Part shown: in pieces, positions 35,975-37,280 of the stretch
How positions within the stretch are numbered: the stretch's first letter is position 1
Layout: each line of letters opens with the position of its first letter
From: Gonapodya sp. JEL0774
Lineage: Eukaryota
Direction of reading: 5' to 3'
Assembly: GCA_027604505.1 (NCBI GenBank)
Contig: JADIIX010000179.1
Span: 1-37,280 of the forward strand
DNA: 37,280 nt
Notes under the pieces: model-generated
What the model saw: only the letters and a program-made list of their open reading frames with translations
Told to the model about the DNA's origin: nothing
The model's database searches: none
Program-made: the position numbers and the translations under genes

Positions 35975-36675
35975 GACCAATCAAACCCCAATCCAACTTG
36001 GAGTATTGAGATGCGCCGGTCTCACATTCATCAAGTCCTCTCACGGTTCGCAGGTCCTAGAGCCCAAGGGCGAAAGGCAGAAGCCCAACAGCTCAGTAGG
36101 GCGTTTGGTTTAAGTCTTAATCGTGTGAGTGCAGATTTTCGAGATGTAAGTTGGTTTGGTGCTGCGTTCTGTTTTATTCACGTGAATACTCTGATCCATT
36201 GGTTCGACATGAAACGGTCATCAACGCCCATAACAGCACCAGCGCGCCATTCAAATTTCTGGGAGTGCTGTTCCGTGAGTTGTACGAAAGCACTCCCCTT
36301 TTTTCGTTTCTGTTTGTTCCGAAAGTGCACCTTGACAACTGTTCTTGTGTTGAATTCTTTCAAAGTCCGCGGATGGTGAGTTTCCGTTACTAGTTCAAAT
36401 TTTTGCATCAGAACTGCAACCACCCATCTTGACAGATCACACGCTTGGGAGACGTCGCTCCTGAGGTGCTAGATGTTGTGCGAAGCTGGATGGAGGCGGA
36501 CCCACTGCTACCCCGTAAGGACGGGCAGGAAAGGTTATTCAGGGAGTTTGGGGTGATGATGACTGAAGACTGTGTGGGTCAGATTGTACGCAAATATCCG
36601 CCAAGCCAGGAGGCCATTGAGCTTGCAAGCGAAGAAGTGGACACAAGTATTGAATCTTTAATAAACTTTGGGTGA
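35975..36675 (+). CDS. Tandem helix-turn-helix protein resembling an IS630/Tc1-mariner DNA-binding N-terminus; 5' exons extend upstream to about 35500
   Basis: Exons 35975-36145, 36237-36274, 36366-36375 and 36436-36675 splice in frame, giving AQQLSRAFGLSLNRVSADFR and VRSWMEADPLLPRKDGQERLFREFGVMMTEDCVGQIVRK. No DDE domain follows. Confidence 0.45.
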
Positions 36676-37280
36676 CAGTATGATACGTGCGTTGATGCAG
36701 ATTACTTTTGCCGCCTAATTGAGCTTGGAATAATTAAGTCGTGACTTGACACATGTCAACAATACGAGAGTTTGAGGAATTGGCCCCTCACTGCCCCTGG
36801 CTGCCTCATCTATGCCCCTGGCATTTACCCGTTGGCGACACTTTGGACGCCGTCGCCCCGGTGCATGGGAAGCAAGAACGAACATCAATCGAGGGAATGG
36901 AAAGTCGTACAAAAAAGGAAAGTGACAAGTTACCTTGTAGCACATGAATGGAGTCTCTTGGTCTCTCAGTCTGGATGTATGGGTTTCGCCGATTCGAAGT
37001 CCGCTCTTGCTGCACGTCCCAATGTCTCCCGCGCTGGATAAATCTGTAAAGCCGAATCGAGCTCGTGATAGAAAGAGAAGAAGATGAGCAAGTAATAAAT
37101 TTTTACTGTTTAATGTTAATAAATGTTCAACGAAGTACTCGAGCGTCTCGGCTCCGTGAAACCCCGGGTTCTGATACGGGGTCGCCATTGCTTAGTACCC
37201 CGGCCGCACACCTCCCCACCTGGCCCTTCCCTCCCCTCTCGCCGGTCTGCGACTCACTACTCCTGGTACTCTGCCCCCGC

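Overview
Eukaryotic genomic DNA with short GT-AG introns, probably from an early-diverging or zoosporic fungus (inference only). It has three zones. (1) About 0.3-14 kb is a decayed accessory block: a broken prim-pol + D5-like SF3 helicase gene of viral or Polinton-like type, a PIF/Harbinger transposon (dead DDE transposase plus a convergent partner gene with an HMG-box and a Myb/SANT-like region), an Unkempt-like CCCH pseudogene, an F-box gene and an orphan. Many lesions look like CpG deamination. (2) 14.3-22.2 kb holds three tightly packed host mRNA-processing genes: PAN3, RBM26/27 and SPF45/RBM17. (3) 22.2-37.3 kb is a second accessory region. Its highlight is a 13-exon, about 1,140-aa Fanzor1 gene (eukaryotic TnpB-like RNA-guided nuclease), split across many small ORFs in the track. 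It keeps all three RuvC acidic residues, has a long N-terminal extension (Zn-knuckle plus Pro-rich region), a structured downstream omegaRNA candidate and possible TTAA|AGG...CCT|TTAA ends. About 4 kb away is an intact TET/JBP-like dioxygenase that keeps the HxD...H iron ligands but appears to lack the 2-oxoglutarate-binding Arg. All gene models were spliced by hand and no database searches were run.
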